This document shows positions 28,433 through 38,267 of a stretch of 64,000 nt of DNA, piece by piece. A model generated the notes under the pieces. It did no database searches. It saw nothing but the letters and a program-made list of their open reading frames with translations, and was not told the DNA's origin. Location: IMG/VR virus record IMGVR_UViG_3300028603_000034, positions 1 to 64,000 of that record; one strand, written 5' to 3'. Made by a program: the position numbers and the translations under genes. The DNA is from a virus. Taxonomy: Duplodnaviria > Caudoviricetes. The first letter of the stretch is position 1. Each line of letters opens with the position of its first letter.

Positions 28433-28676
28433 AATTATCCCCTAACATATTATCAATATTATCAGACTCATTATCTTCTTCTACTAATTGTTCTTCAATA
28501 GAAGTCAAAAAATCAATCAATTCAATTTTTGCTTTCTCTGTTGTTCCAATTAATAAATATAATAATTGAATCAAATCTGGATCATCAGCAATAGATTCAT
28601 AATCTATCTTCAACATCATTTGATTTTGATTATTTACTGCAATACTTACTATCGATTTCATTCCATAATCATTCAT
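28422..28676 (-). CDS. Acidic hypothetical protein
   Basis: 84-aa ORF with RBS. Confidence 0.55.
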   Translation of the reverse strand: MNDYGMKSIVSIAVNNQNQMMLKIDYESIADDPDLIQLLYLLIGTTEKAKIELIDFLTSIEEQLVEEDNESDNIDNMLGDNFDG

Positions 28677-28706
28677 ATTTTCTCTCCTAATTAAATCTCA
28701 TAGTAT

Positions 28707-29196
28707 TCACAGATCATTATATCTCTTAATGTATTTAGATAAATGTTCGGAAACCAGATTAAAAATTTTAACACTTTCCCTCTTATTTTTACCTGCATTC
28801 CCTGCAATGTTTAAGATTTTAATGTCATTATTTTTAAACCAATCAAGAACATCAAATATGAATATTTCTCGTATATCATTAAGGTCAATATCAATATATG
28901 GTTTTTTATATTGTTTGATTGCATTTAAAGTACAAATTTCTCCTGGTGATTCAAAATTAAAACAGAATCTCATTGTCCCATCTGAATTTTTAACATTGTC
29001 ATACGTTCTTGTGGAATATCCATTTCTTTTACATTCTACTAAGCCAAGCTTTGCTAATTGAGGTCTTTTACCATATATGGTCATATAATCCTTTGGAGCC
29101 ATTCCACCTGTCTCAATATTAAGACTTCTACCAACATTTAGTCCTGCTAGATCAGCACCGTCAATACTGACCACCAGAAATTATTCTGAGGATCAT
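28707..29196 (-). pseudogene. SLOG-superfamily putative molybdenum-carrier-like protein with a frameshift in its SGGQTGAD motif
   Basis: ATG at 29196 gives MILRIISGGQY*; the other frame resumes at GADLAGL...TGG.APK, RTYDNV..SDGT and LNIAGN. Confidence 0.7.
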
Positions 29197-29250
29197 TTTA
29201 TAACCACCCCCTTCCTGTAATAGAATTTCTATATTGTCAAAATCCCAATA

Positions 29251-29631
29251 CTATTTTTTACCATTTCTTTTCTGTGTAAAAAATTCTCTTTTCCATTCAT
29301 TCCTATGATCTTCACAATATTTCGGATATATATACTGATTCGGTATAATTCGTATTTTATATGAATTATTACATCCCTCAAGAGAACATTCTTTAATTAC
29401 ATCTTGAGATTCTAAAAATTTATGTTTAATTTTTTGGTTTGCATCACCAAGTGATTTTCTTTTCTTTGGTTGATAGAGGATTTTCTTATATTCTTGTTTT
29501 CTATGTTCATCACAATACTTTGTTTTTCCTCTACCCATAAATGAAGTTGTACAACCGGGGAACTGACATTTTTTCTTTTTTAATTGTTGATTGGCACTTC
29601 TATTAGTGTCTTTAGATAACGATACTGGCAT
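29251..29631 (-). CDS. Protein with two Cys/His zinc-finger-like repeats
   Basis: CxxxxC...YCDEH and CxxxxC...YCEDH. Confidence 0.6.
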   Translation of the reverse strand: MPVSLSKDTNRSANQQLKKKKCQFPGCTTSFMGRGKTKYCDEHRKQEYKKILYQPKKRKSLGDANQKIKHKFLESQDVIKECSLEGCNNSYKIRIIPNQYIYPKYCEDHRNEWKREFFTQKRNGKK

Positions 29632-29702
29632 TTAACTCTCCTTATTGAAAATATAATAAACATAATTTAATAAATTCCACAACCCAATACAATAAGTTTT
29701 TA

Positions 29703-30620
29703 TTATATAATATTAATTTTTAGTTTTGGTGCTTTCGACATAGCAATACCCAATACTCTATACTGATCAAGATATTCAATTTTATCTAATTTATCTATTT
29801 GTTTAGAACATTCCATATCCCAATATCTAAATTTAATATTTGGTATCTTGTTTGTTAAGTATTGCATTCTACGTATTTGATCTGATCTACTTTGAACTCT
29901 TGCAAAACCACCCCCCAAAGGATTAGAATAATCTAACAATTGTCCAACATTTGTTCTTTTTCGTTGTCTATCAAAAGTATTTTTTCGTTCATAATATAAA
30001 CTACCAATAGCATCAATTAATATAGTATTATCATTCTGATACCATCCCGAAACTTCAGCAGTTATTTTTGCTTCATCAAGAGGAAAATTATAATAACCAA
30101 TTCCACCATCACCCCAACATTTCATTCTAATATAATCTACATATTGACCAAAATATATAGGAGCAGCAAAACTTCTTGCTATTACATCTGCTAATCTCTC
30201 TTCTCCATCATCTTTATGCCAAGACTTAAAAAACCTATTCGTATTAGATACATAATCAACGGACAAGATCATTAAATTTGTCTTAACATCTTTCATTTTA
30301 AAATCTAATCCAATTAGTTTATCCCAAATGGTATAAAAATTTTCTCTGTTATAAATCGGAAGTTTTCTTGGGTCATACCATTTTTTCTTCGTAAAAACAA
30401 ATTTTGCCATCTCGGGCCAATAGTTATCTAATTCATTCATACTAACAAGTCCAGTTGCAATAATAGATGAATTAATAGAACCAACAGAATTAGAACATAT
30501 TAACTTATATTGTTTGTATAATGGACCATCTTCTAATTCTCTTAGTTTTAATACTTGAACTTGAGAATATCCCTTAACACCACCACCAGATAACACAAGT
30601 ATATTTGTATGTGTACCCAT
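29703..30620 (-). CDS. Patatin-like phospholipase
   Basis: LSGGGVKG, nucleophile SNSVG (variant of GxSxG), SFAAP.YF and DGG. Confidence 0.8.
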   Translation of the reverse strand: MGTHTNILVLSGGGVKGYSQVQVLKLRELEDGPLYKQYKLICSNSVGSINSSIIATGLVSMNELDNYWPEMAKFVFTKKKWYDPRKLPIYNRENFYTIWDKLIGLDFKMKDVKTNLMILSVDYVSNTNRFFKSWHKDDGEERLADVIARSFAAPIYFGQYVDYIRMKCWGDGGIGYYNFPLDEAKITAEVSGWYQNDNTILIDAIGSLYYERKNTFDRQRKRTNVGQLLDYSNPLGGGFARVQSRSDQIRRMQYLTNKIPNIKFRYWDMECSKQIDKLDKIEYLDQYRVLGIAMSKAPKLKINII

Positions 30621-30857
30621 TTAATCTTCTCCACTTTCTAAATAAGAAGAACATTCTTCCTTAACATAATATCCACATTCATTATTATGAATGCAATATC
30701 TACAACAAGATTTATTCCAAGAATCTCTAAATATTTTTGCCTGTTCTGTTATCCATTTAAGAATATATTCTTCTCCTGGATCACAACTGGTATTAACACC
30801 TTCAATCCATTTATCGATTTCTATTTTCTTGATTTGTGATACTATAAAATTATCCAC
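30621..30857 (-). CDS. Hypothetical Cys-rich protein
   Basis: 78-aa ORF. Confidence 0.55.
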   Translation of the reverse strand: MDNFIVSQIKKIEIDKWIEGVNTSCDPGEEYILKWITEQAKIFRDSWNKSCCRYCIHNNECGYYVKEECSSYLESGED

Positions 30858-30908
30858 TTTATACTCCTTGATAAAAGGTGGATAAACTTAATTCATTTCA
30901 TCGAAATA

Positions 30909-31085
30909 TTAATCTATTAAAAATGAATTTTTCTTTTCCATTTCTTCAAACTCATCAAAGGTATCTTCATCTATTTGGTGTATATTCTTTAACAGAACCC
31001 TTTCTTTCTGTCTACTCTTTTTCCTAGTACTATTCTTGTTACTTTTCACCTTATTAAACGAAACACTTTTGAAACTCTTACCCAA
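30909..31085 (-). CDS. 58-aa basic-then-acidic protein not in the ORF track
   Basis: AGGAG RBS, TTG start, TATAAATA at 31120-31127 upstream. Confidence 0.5.
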   Translation of the reverse strand: MGKSFKSVSFNKVKSNKNSTRKKSRQKERVLLKNIHQIDEDTFDEFEEMEKKNSFLID

Positions 31086-31211
31086 AATTAAAACTCCTTG
31101 TTGATTAATGACTATATGTTATTTATATTATTAATAGTTACAAAAACGTATCTACGAAGTTGTCTGAATCGTAACATGTATTAAAAGATTTAAAACATCT
31201 TACGAAAGCAT

Positions 31212-32180
31212 CTACATGTGTCTCTTCATTTTTTCCCCTTTCATCAATCGTTTTAATTCCTGTAATTCCTTCATTACATCTGAAGCAGAAACATATTCAG
31301 TTGATTGTCTTTTAAGATCACTCTCACTACCATACCATTCCTCTACACAATCAAACAATAAATTATGTAATTGTTCTGTCTGGGGATGATTAGGAACAGC
31401 AACCGTATTATCCAATACCCATTTCTCCAATCCTCTTAATTTGTTAAATACGAAATTTTCAAATTCAGAAAAATCTTTGGTCCATTCCCCTCGTCTCATT
31501 GCTTTACACTCTTCTTTGTTCTTCATTAAATCTAAATCCCCGGTTTTTACTAATTGTTCACATAAGTCCAAAAGTCTTAACGGGTGATAATTCATTTTTA
31601 CATCCATACCATACTTCTCATATAATTCAACTCTATTATTATTCTCACAAGTACCTGTTTCTTCCCACCTCTTCTGAGCATTTTTCGACCTATTAACTTG
31701 TGCATAACAATAACCTTTCAGTGCGTGAAATGTTCTCATTGATAGAAATAATTTTCTGTTATCCCTCAGTACCCAAGTAACAGGAGTAGCAAAAGTAACT
31801 AAATTTCTTCTAACAAACAAAGTCTCTACCAATGATGGAGAGCCTTTAACTCCTGCAAGGTAAAAGAAATTAGTTAAAGCATTCCATTCACCCTCGACAT
31901 CTTTTCCATTAGGAAGAACTAATCTTAATTTTTCACCCTTACATTCTTTTGATTTAAATGAGGGCAATTGATCGAATCCCAAAACATAACCATAAGCTTG
32001 AGGAAATAAATGTTCGTGTTTAGGCATAACCAATCCAACTACGTCATAGTCAGAATCTTCGGTATTTGTACCGTATGCCTGAGAACCCATAACAACTTCC
32101 ATTAACAAATTATCTCTAATCCATTGTTCTTGTTCGTTAAATCTATGTTGTTTAAATAAATCTGTATATACCATTATCAA
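31212..32180 (-). CDS. DNA polymerase beta-superfamily nucleotidyltransferase (RlaP/YcgL-like)
   Basis: MGSQAYGTNTEDSDYD, P...E.LF and Y..K..YH..RL motifs. Confidence 0.8.
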   Translation of the reverse strand: MIMVYTDLFKQHRFNEQEQWIRDNLLMEVVMGSQAYGTNTEDSDYDVVGLVMPKHEHLFPQAYGYVLGFDQLPSFKSKECKGEKLRLVLPNGKDVEGEWNALTNFFYLAGVKGSPSLVETLFVRRNLVTFATPVTWVLRDNRKLFLSMRTFHALKGYCYAQVNRSKNAQKRWEETGTCENNNRVELYEKYGMDVKMNYHPLRLLDLCEQLVKTGDLDLMKNKEECKAMRRGEWTKDFSEFENFVFNKLRGLEKWVLDNTVAVPNHPQTEQLHNLLFDCVEEWYGSESDLKRQSTEYVSASDVMKELQELKRLMKGEKMKRHM

Positions 32181-32310
32181 TATCCTTCAAGGAAAATTTA
32201 ATCCTAATTTTTTATTAACATTTCTTATCCGTTCATCACCACAAACACAATAAATAAATGTTGATTGTTTTGTTTTTTTCAATTATAGTTACAAAAACTA
32301 TTTGATCATT

Positions 32311-32339
32311 AATATATATTATGGAAATATGAGAGTCAA
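32311..32339 (-). promoter_or_regulatory. Early promoter TTGACT-N17-TATATT
   Basis: Exact consensus copy. Confidence 0.8.
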
Positions 32340-32362
32340 GTCATATTTCCATTAAATAAGGA

Positions 32363-33166
32363 TTATTCTTTAATTTCAAATATATTCTGTAATATTAAAG
32401 TATTAATTGAATTTTGAAATTCTACTTTTAATTGTGCTTCACCTCTAACACATATATTAATGTATTCATCTCTAGCATTCTTATATATATCTAATACTTT
32501 TTCTTCCATATATGTTCGGTTTATTATAAAATCTACTATTTCAGAGGCCAAAGGATTAATATATAGTGTGTTGTTATATATCGGTAGATTTGTACTTATG
32601 TGTTTATTCAAGTTTTGTAACAATATATCTACTTTCTTTTTTACAAAAGTATTTAGTTCAATATCACCATACAAATGAAACCCATTTTTTTTAAACGATC
32701 TCTCAAATTCTTTTAATATTTTTGTATAAAAAGCATTTTTTAATACTTCTTTAAACAATAAAAATTCTTTCAATGGATCACCATATGAATAAATTTCTTT
32801 ATCTACATCTAGTTTTTTTTCTTGTATCTTCTTATAAGAGTCACAAATTTCATCAATTATTTGATCACATATTTGTTCATAATATTCTTTCTGTTTATCT
32901 AATACTGCCTCTTTTAATTCGGTAAGAGATTCCCTATAATTTGCGTGGATATCGAATAAGTAAATTAATATCTTTGAATTTACAGATATAATATCACCCA
33001 TTAATATTTTTTTACTAACATCTTCTTTTTTATTCTTATTAAACAATAACATAATAATATCTAATCTATATATTAATACAGTTCCTATTATTAATATTAA
33101 TACAATGATTCCAATAATAGGACCAGTAGATGATACTAATTGCATAATCTGTTCTAAAAAACTCAT
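32363..33166 (-). CDS. Membrane-anchored helical protein
   Basis: N-terminal transmembrane segment IIGIIVLILIIGTVLIY. Confidence 0.65.
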   Translation of the reverse strand: MSFLEQIMQLVSSTGPIIGIIVLILIIGTVLIYRLDIIMLLFNKNKKEDVSKKILMGDIISVNSKILIYLFDIHANYRESLTELKEAVLDKQKEYYEQICDQIIDEICDSYKKIQEKKLDVDKEIYSYGDPLKEFLLFKEVLKNAFYTKILKEFERSFKKNGFHLYGDIELNTFVKKKVDILLQNLNKHISTNLPIYNNTLYINPLASEIVDFIINRTYMEEKVLDIYKNARDEYINICVRGEAQLKVEFQNSINTLILQNIFEIKE

Positions 33167-33169
33167 TCT

Positions 33170-33865
33170 CTAATACCCCTTTGATAGCCTAATCTGAATA
33201 ATGTTTCTTAATAGTTCGAATGGTTTATATTTACTCTTTTTTTCCACTTCTTTTAATTGGTTGTTATGTTCTAGTGTTAATATTTTACATTGAGAAAAAA
33301 TCTGAAACAATGCAACTTCCAATATTTTATTTTCTTTACATACCTCTTTATGTATATTTTTATCTTCTTTATTCAATGACAAATAATTATACTTTAAACA
33401 TTGATTTCCATATTTGTGACACACATAATCTTCTACTGAATTTTTCACCATAGATATAAAGTTATCAAATTCTTTATTTTCAATATATAAGTAATATCCT
33501 CTTTCTAATTCATTTTTTATAATAGTATGTAATGCTTTATTAAATATCTCTTTTAACAACATATTATGTAATTGTAAATACAATGGAATCGTATTACTCA
33601 ACAATTCACAGTTGTTATTATTATTTATACAATGTGATTTTGTATTAATAAAACATTCTGAAAATATTCGATAATGTATATGTCTTGCATTTTTTAATAT
33701 ACTAGAAGATATTCTCATTTGTTTGGTACGTAAATCACACTTATATTCTTCTACTAATAATAAAAATAAAGTCTTACTCAAATTCCTATTATTATACATC
33801 GTTATTAGTGTAATTATGGTAATGACACCTAAAAATAAAAAACTACTAAACAATTCCACAATCAT
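33170..33865 (-). CDS. Membrane-anchored helical protein
   Basis: N-terminal transmembrane segment. Confidence 0.6.
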   Translation of the reverse strand: MIVELFSSFLFLGVITIITLITMYNNRNLSKTLFLLLVEEYKCDLRTKQMRISSSILKNARHIHYRIFSECFINTKSHCINNNNNCELLSNTIPLYLQLHNMLLKEIFNKALHTIIKNELERGYYLYIENKEFDNFISMVKNSVEDYVCHKYGNQCLKYNYLSLNKEDKNIHKEVCKENKILEVALFQIFSQCKILTLEHNNQLKEVEKKSKYKPFELLRNIIQIRLSKGY

Positions 33866-33896
33866 TAACTCCTTATTATCAAAATATTGATTATTA

Positions 33897-34211
33897 TTAA
33901 TAAGTCATATCTAATTCCTTATTCTTCTTTATTGTATCTGTTATTATTCTAATCACATCATCCCAAAATTTAATCAAGACTCTTGTGTCTATATGATCCA
34001 TTTTTTTAGATGGTGTATTAGCATCATTCCTTAATTTATCTAATATCCTAAGTATTTTCTCCAAATCTGCATTCGGAGATATAACAAAAGAAAAAATGGA
34101 AGATAATTTCTTTTTCAATTCATTATCTTCCATCTTATTCAACTTTTTTCTTAGAGAAATTATCATCTCTCTTACATTTATTTCTTTTTGTTTCTTTACT
34201 GATATGTCCAT
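33897..34211 (-). CDS. Hypothetical protein
   Basis: 104-aa ORF. Confidence 0.6.
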   Translation of the reverse strand: MDISVKKQKEINVREMIISLRKKLNKMEDNELKKKLSSIFSFVISPNADLEKILRILDKLRNDANTPSKKMDHIDTRVLIKFWDDVIRIITDTIKKNKELDMTY

Positions 34212-34212
34212 T

Positions 34213-34644
34213 TTATTTTATATATTTATCAAATATATCCTCTGGTATATCATTTACTGCTTTCTTTAAATTTTGAACTAAATACTTTTTAAATTCTTCA
34301 TCAGAAGAATCAGACATATCTTCTAATGGATATCTTTTATCATATACATTATCACCATCATTAATATAAAATGCTATTGGTAAATGCATTCCCTCCCAAT
34401 AAGGAGTCGATCTAATATAGGTATCATCTTCATCACTATAAATTTCTACAAATTCTCCAGCCTGGACTTCATCTACAATATCTACATTCCAAGTCTTACC
34501 TCTTGCAGAAAAATTAGGAACTTTTCTTAATACCTCAAGACTTCTCTCATAATGTGAATATGTATTTTCATCATCCTCCTCTTCATAAAGATATCTTTCT
34601 GCCTCCGATATTACTTTTCCTTTTTCCATTATCCAATCCTCCAA
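34213..34644 (-). CDS. Acidic hypothetical protein
   Basis: 143-aa ORF. Confidence 0.6.
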   Translation of the reverse strand: MEDWIMEKGKVISEAERYLYEEEDDENTYSHYERSLEVLRKVPNFSARGKTWNVDIVDEVQAGEFVEIYSDEDDTYIRSTPYWEGMHLPIAFYINDGDNVYDKRYPLEDMSDSSDEEFKKYLVQNLKKAVNDIPEDIFDKYIK

Positions 34645-34720
34645 ATATTAAACGTTAAAATGTTCTTTTACTTTAAGATAAAAAATAACAACGTCATCAT
34701 CCATAAATTTTTCTGATTCA

Positions 34721-35269
34721 TTAATTATATTCATTTTCTAAATCCTGCCTTCTTAGTTTGAAGTCATAATCGGTATCTTCGATAGTATTAAAAATTTCTT
34801 TTAATTCTTCTAAATAAGAATCAATAGCAGAAGTAACATTTAATCCGTTTTTGATCTTCTCTAAGTATGTTTGAATTTGATTAGCATTAATAGATACCAT
34901 ATTCATCAATTCTTTTTTCTTTTCTTTCCATTCAGATTCTGCTTTTTCTAATTCTTCGTGGGTATCTTCTACTATATTTTTTTCTTTTGATTCTGTTAAT
35001 GGAGATAGTTGATAACCACATGCCCAATGTTTTTTTGTTTTGTTAAAAAAATCTTTCACCTCAATATCAACGGTATATGTATCATCTTCTAATTTAGACC
35101 AAGGCAATTCTTGATATGTTTCATCCCAATCTTTACCTTTACCTATTCCGGTTACTTTTGCTTTCTGCGGTTCATCCATTCCCCAAGAACCTCTCCACAT
35201 TACAATATCACCGACTTTTAGTTTATCTCCAACCAAATCTTCTAATTCATTAAGAATTGTTCTACTCAT
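34721..35269 (-). CDS. Hypothetical protein (possible SH3-like barrel plus coiled coil)
   Basis: LKVGDIV.W pattern; helical C-terminus. Confidence 0.6.
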   Translation of the reverse strand: MSRTILNELEDLVGDKLKVGDIVMWRGSWGMDEPQKAKVTGIGKGKDWDETYQELPWSKLEDDTYTVDIEVKDFFNKTKKHWACGYQLSPLTESKEKNIVEDTHEELEKAESEWKEKKKELMNMVSINANQIQTYLEKIKNGLNVTSAIDSYLEELKEIFNTIEDTDYDFKLRRQDLENEYN

Positions 35270-35577
35270 TTAATCAACCCCCTCGAAATTTTTGCCTTGA
35301 TTTTTCCAGCTTCATTTTTGATTTTTATATTGTAATTAGAACCACCATCATAAATAATTTCTTCCTCTCCAATAATACCTTTACCAAATTTCTTATCCAA
35401 AACTTTTGATATTTTCTTCAAATCGCCTTTTCCTTCAAAAAAAATAGTGGTCACACATAAATTATCATTCAATTTCATTCCACCAGATTTCATATACTTA
35501 ACAACATCTTCAACTAATGTTTTTGGATTTACACCCTCTTTTTTCTCTTTCTCGGTAATATATTCTTTAAGTCCCAT
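35266..35577 (-). CDS. Putative internal head protein
   Basis: N-terminus MGLKEYITE resembles the T4 capsid-targeting sequence. Confidence 0.5.
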   Translation of the reverse strand: MGLKEYITEKEKKEGVNPKTLVEDVVKYMKSGGMKLNDNLCVTTIFFEGKGDLKKISKVLDKKFGKGIIGEEEIIYDGGSNYNIKIKNEAGKIKAKISRGLIK

Positions 35578-35620
35578 TTTACATCTCCTATATTAAAAAT
35601 TCGATGTCATTATATATTTA

Positions 35621-35820
35621 TTAAATTTCTCCTCTACTTAATTTCAAAGCTTTTAATATTCCATATTCATCTATTAAATCAGTAGCCTTATCTTCTAATT
35701 CTTTTCTTCTTCCTGATAAATTTAAAGCCACATCCATTAGATTTATTTTGTCATACCAGAATCTCTTTCGTACCATCCTTGATTTTTTAAACGTCCCTTT
35801 AATTCATTTAATACACTCAT
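35621..35820 (-). pseudogene. Frameshifted small ORF (MSVLNELKGRL...SRGEI)
   Basis: Frames join with a 1-base change, e.g. in the T run at 35783-35788. Confidence 0.45.
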
Positions 35821-35850
35821 TTCTTTCCTCCCAATTCTAAAATTTTATCT

Positions 35851-36171
35851 TTAATTTTTTTCCTTTTTAATTTTGAACTCTCTATGTTTTAAATCCAATT
35901 TATTTTTTGTTCTATCTAATAATTCATCAAAAGACGTCCCATCTATATAATCAACTGTAAATGTAGCTTTTGTTTGTTTTGAATCCGTGAATTGTAATAT
36001 CTCATTTGGAAACATTTTTTCCATTCCACTTCTATCCCACAAACCCTGAAAATCAAGACCTAATATATTACCAATTTCTATACCCCAAATAACAAGAGGA
36101 TGATCATTCTCTTTTATTAATTTTACTTTGGATATATATTCTTCTTGTAAGTAATATCTTTTAAAATTCAT
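35851..36171 (-). CDS. Putative internal head protein
   Basis: MNFKRYYLQEE N-terminus. Confidence 0.55.
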   Translation of the reverse strand: MNFKRYYLQEEYISKVKLIKENDHPLVIWGIEIGNILGLDFQGLWDRSGMEKMFPNEILQFTDSKQTKATFTVDYIDGTSFDELLDRTKNKLDLKHREFKIKKEKN

Positions 36172-36184
36172 ATATCATCCAATG

Positions 36185-37690
36185 TTAAAAATCATCAAGA
36201 TACAATGTAGGATTATTGTCTACTACTTCGTATAATTCCATTCCTAAAATTGATAATAAAGCATTATATCCTCTTTCTGATATTCTTATTATAAAGTCCA
36301 TCGCTTTTCTATAAAATTCAATAAGAAAATTCTTTATTATATCAAACCAATCTTTAGCTTTTTCCACTACTGTTTTTAACATAGATTTACCAATATCAAG
36401 TAAATCATCAAACACACCCTCAATAATCATATCCATATTAATATTATTTTCTCTCATCGCTCCTCTAAGTGCTGTTGCTACTTTACTACCTGAACTTTTA
36501 TACGTAACATTATATTTTACTTTAGAAGCATATTTTTCAATTATAGTTCTATCGATTTTTTTAGTCTTTAAATTTCCTTCGGTATCAAATACTAATATAT
36601 AGTTAGCAGAACCTATACTTTCAGTACCAAATTTAATATTACCAGTCATTGCTTCTTTTGTAAATTCATATTTCAATTCTTTATCCTTTTGAAGAATCTC
36701 TTGTAATATTTGATCTAATTGTGAGTTTAGTATCATTCCCGATATAATTTGAGATATTACAGGATGCTTTGATTGTTCAGATATAAATTCATTCAATCCT
36801 CTTACTATTTTATCATTATCTCGTTTATCCTTACGTTTTCTCATTTCTTTTGATATTTCATCGGGTATTAATTTTTTAACAGAAGTCACATCAATAGGAT
36901 ATTCTCCTGTATTAACATCTGTCCAAATTGTTTTGTCTCTTATTTTTTCTAATTTTTCTTTTAATTCAGGATCTGTTTTATTCCCAATATTCTTTAAAGC
37001 AGCAGCAAAAGTTGCATTTGACTCACCATAAGTTGCTGATAGTAATTGACTACCACCTGATTTTTTTATACTTATTTTATAGTCTCCACCAGCAACATCA
37101 GTTTTAGGAGTAGTATCAACACCTCCATTTTCTAACCAAAAATCAGTCAATTCTACCGATGCTCTACCAGTCTGTGAAATTAACCCCTTGATCTCTTTAG
37201 AGGTTGCATTTGCATATTTTTTTCCTAATTCAACAAATTGTTCATCCATAACAAATTTCTCATACAATTTATCATACTTAGAATCTGACAACCCAGATAA
37301 ATCTCTTAACTGTTCTTCCGTCATATCAGGAGTATTAATTTTATTATGCCACAATACTATTAAATTTTCATATTTAGCAGCATCAAATTTTTCCAAACTC
37401 TCCTCATCTATTAATACATTTTTAGAAATTCCTTCAAATTTATATATACTTCCATCTTCACCTTTAAAATAAGCATCCATAACTGATTTAGCACCACCCC
37501 TAACAATAAAATCAACATCTTCGGTAGGTTCTATTCTTATTAATTTTTTATTTTTTTCTAATAAATCTGTTAATATTTTCTTAGTGTCTTCTGGACTTGC
37601 TAATATTTTTTGCACATAAAAAGTTCTACCTACATAATCATCTTTCCAATAACTTTTTTCTGTTAAGTAATAAAAATCATTAAATCTCAT
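36185..37690 (-). CDS. Putative internal head protein with PD-(D/E)xK nuclease-like motif
   Basis: MRFNDFYYLTE N-terminus; TTPKTDV...ISIKKSGGSQL. Confidence 0.55.
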   Translation of the reverse strand: MRFNDFYYLTEKSYWKDDYVGRTFYVQKILASPEDTKKILTDLLEKNKKLIRIEPTEDVDFIVRGGAKSVMDAYFKGEDGSIYKFEGISKNVLIDEESLEKFDAAKYENLIVLWHNKINTPDMTEEQLRDLSGLSDSKYDKLYEKFVMDEQFVELGKKYANATSKEIKGLISQTGRASVELTDFWLENGGVDTTPKTDVAGGDYKISIKKSGGSQLLSATYGESNATFAAALKNIGNKTDPELKEKLEKIRDKTIWTDVNTGEYPIDVTSVKKLIPDEISKEMRKRKDKRDNDKIVRGLNEFISEQSKHPVISQIISGMILNSQLDQILQEILQKDKELKYEFTKEAMTGNIKFGTESIGSANYILVFDTEGNLKTKKIDRTIIEKYASKVKYNVTYKSSGSKVATALRGAMRENNINMDMIIEGVFDDLLDIGKSMLKTVVEKAKDWFDIIKNFLIEFYRKAMDFIIRISERGYNALLSILGMELYEVVDNNPTLYLDDF

Positions 37691-38257
37691 TTATACCTCC
37701 TGATCATCCTCTATATCTAATTTAACATCTATTCTTTCAACATATGGAAATAAATCTAATAGAAATATATTATTATCTTCAAATTTAATAAAATCATATT
37801 TTTGTCTAGATGTCAATTCATCATCAAATTCTTTCCATTCATCATTACCTTCTTCATCAACAACTCTATATTTTACTACTGCATCCAATGGTACAGATTT
37901 TAATTTAACTGGTAAATAATCTTCATCAAATACTTCGTGTACTATAGATGAATCATCAGTTGCTAATACTAACTTATTTTCTTCAAATCGTCCCAATTCA
38001 TCTCGATCTTTTATTGCCATCCAAAACTCTAACAAATATTGTATATCCTCAATAGGGACTATTTTTTCATAATCCTTTTTTGTTACTTTTTTATCTGCAC
38101 CTGTTCTTTTGTAACGATTAGGATTATACTTCCATTGTTTTTCTGCTGGTAAACTGCCAACCTTAGCACGGGATAATCTTCCTGTAGGGGTTCTATGAAG
38201 GACAATTTTGTCCCTCCAAGAATCCCCATAGTATTCTAAAAATCTCATTTTAGACAT
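37691..38257 (-). CDS. Putative internal head protein
   Basis: MSKMRFLEYY N-terminus. Confidence 0.5.
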   Translation of the reverse strand: MSKMRFLEYYGDSWRDKIVLHRTPTGRLSRAKVGSLPAEKQWKYNPNRYKRTGADKKVTKKDYEKIVPIEDIQYLLEFWMAIKDRDELGRFEENKLVLATDDSSIVHEVFDEDYLPVKLKSVPLDAVVKYRVVDEEGNDEWKEFDDELTSRQKYDFIKFEDNNIFLLDLFPYVERIDVKLDIEDDQEV

Positions 38258-38267
38258 TTTATTCCTC

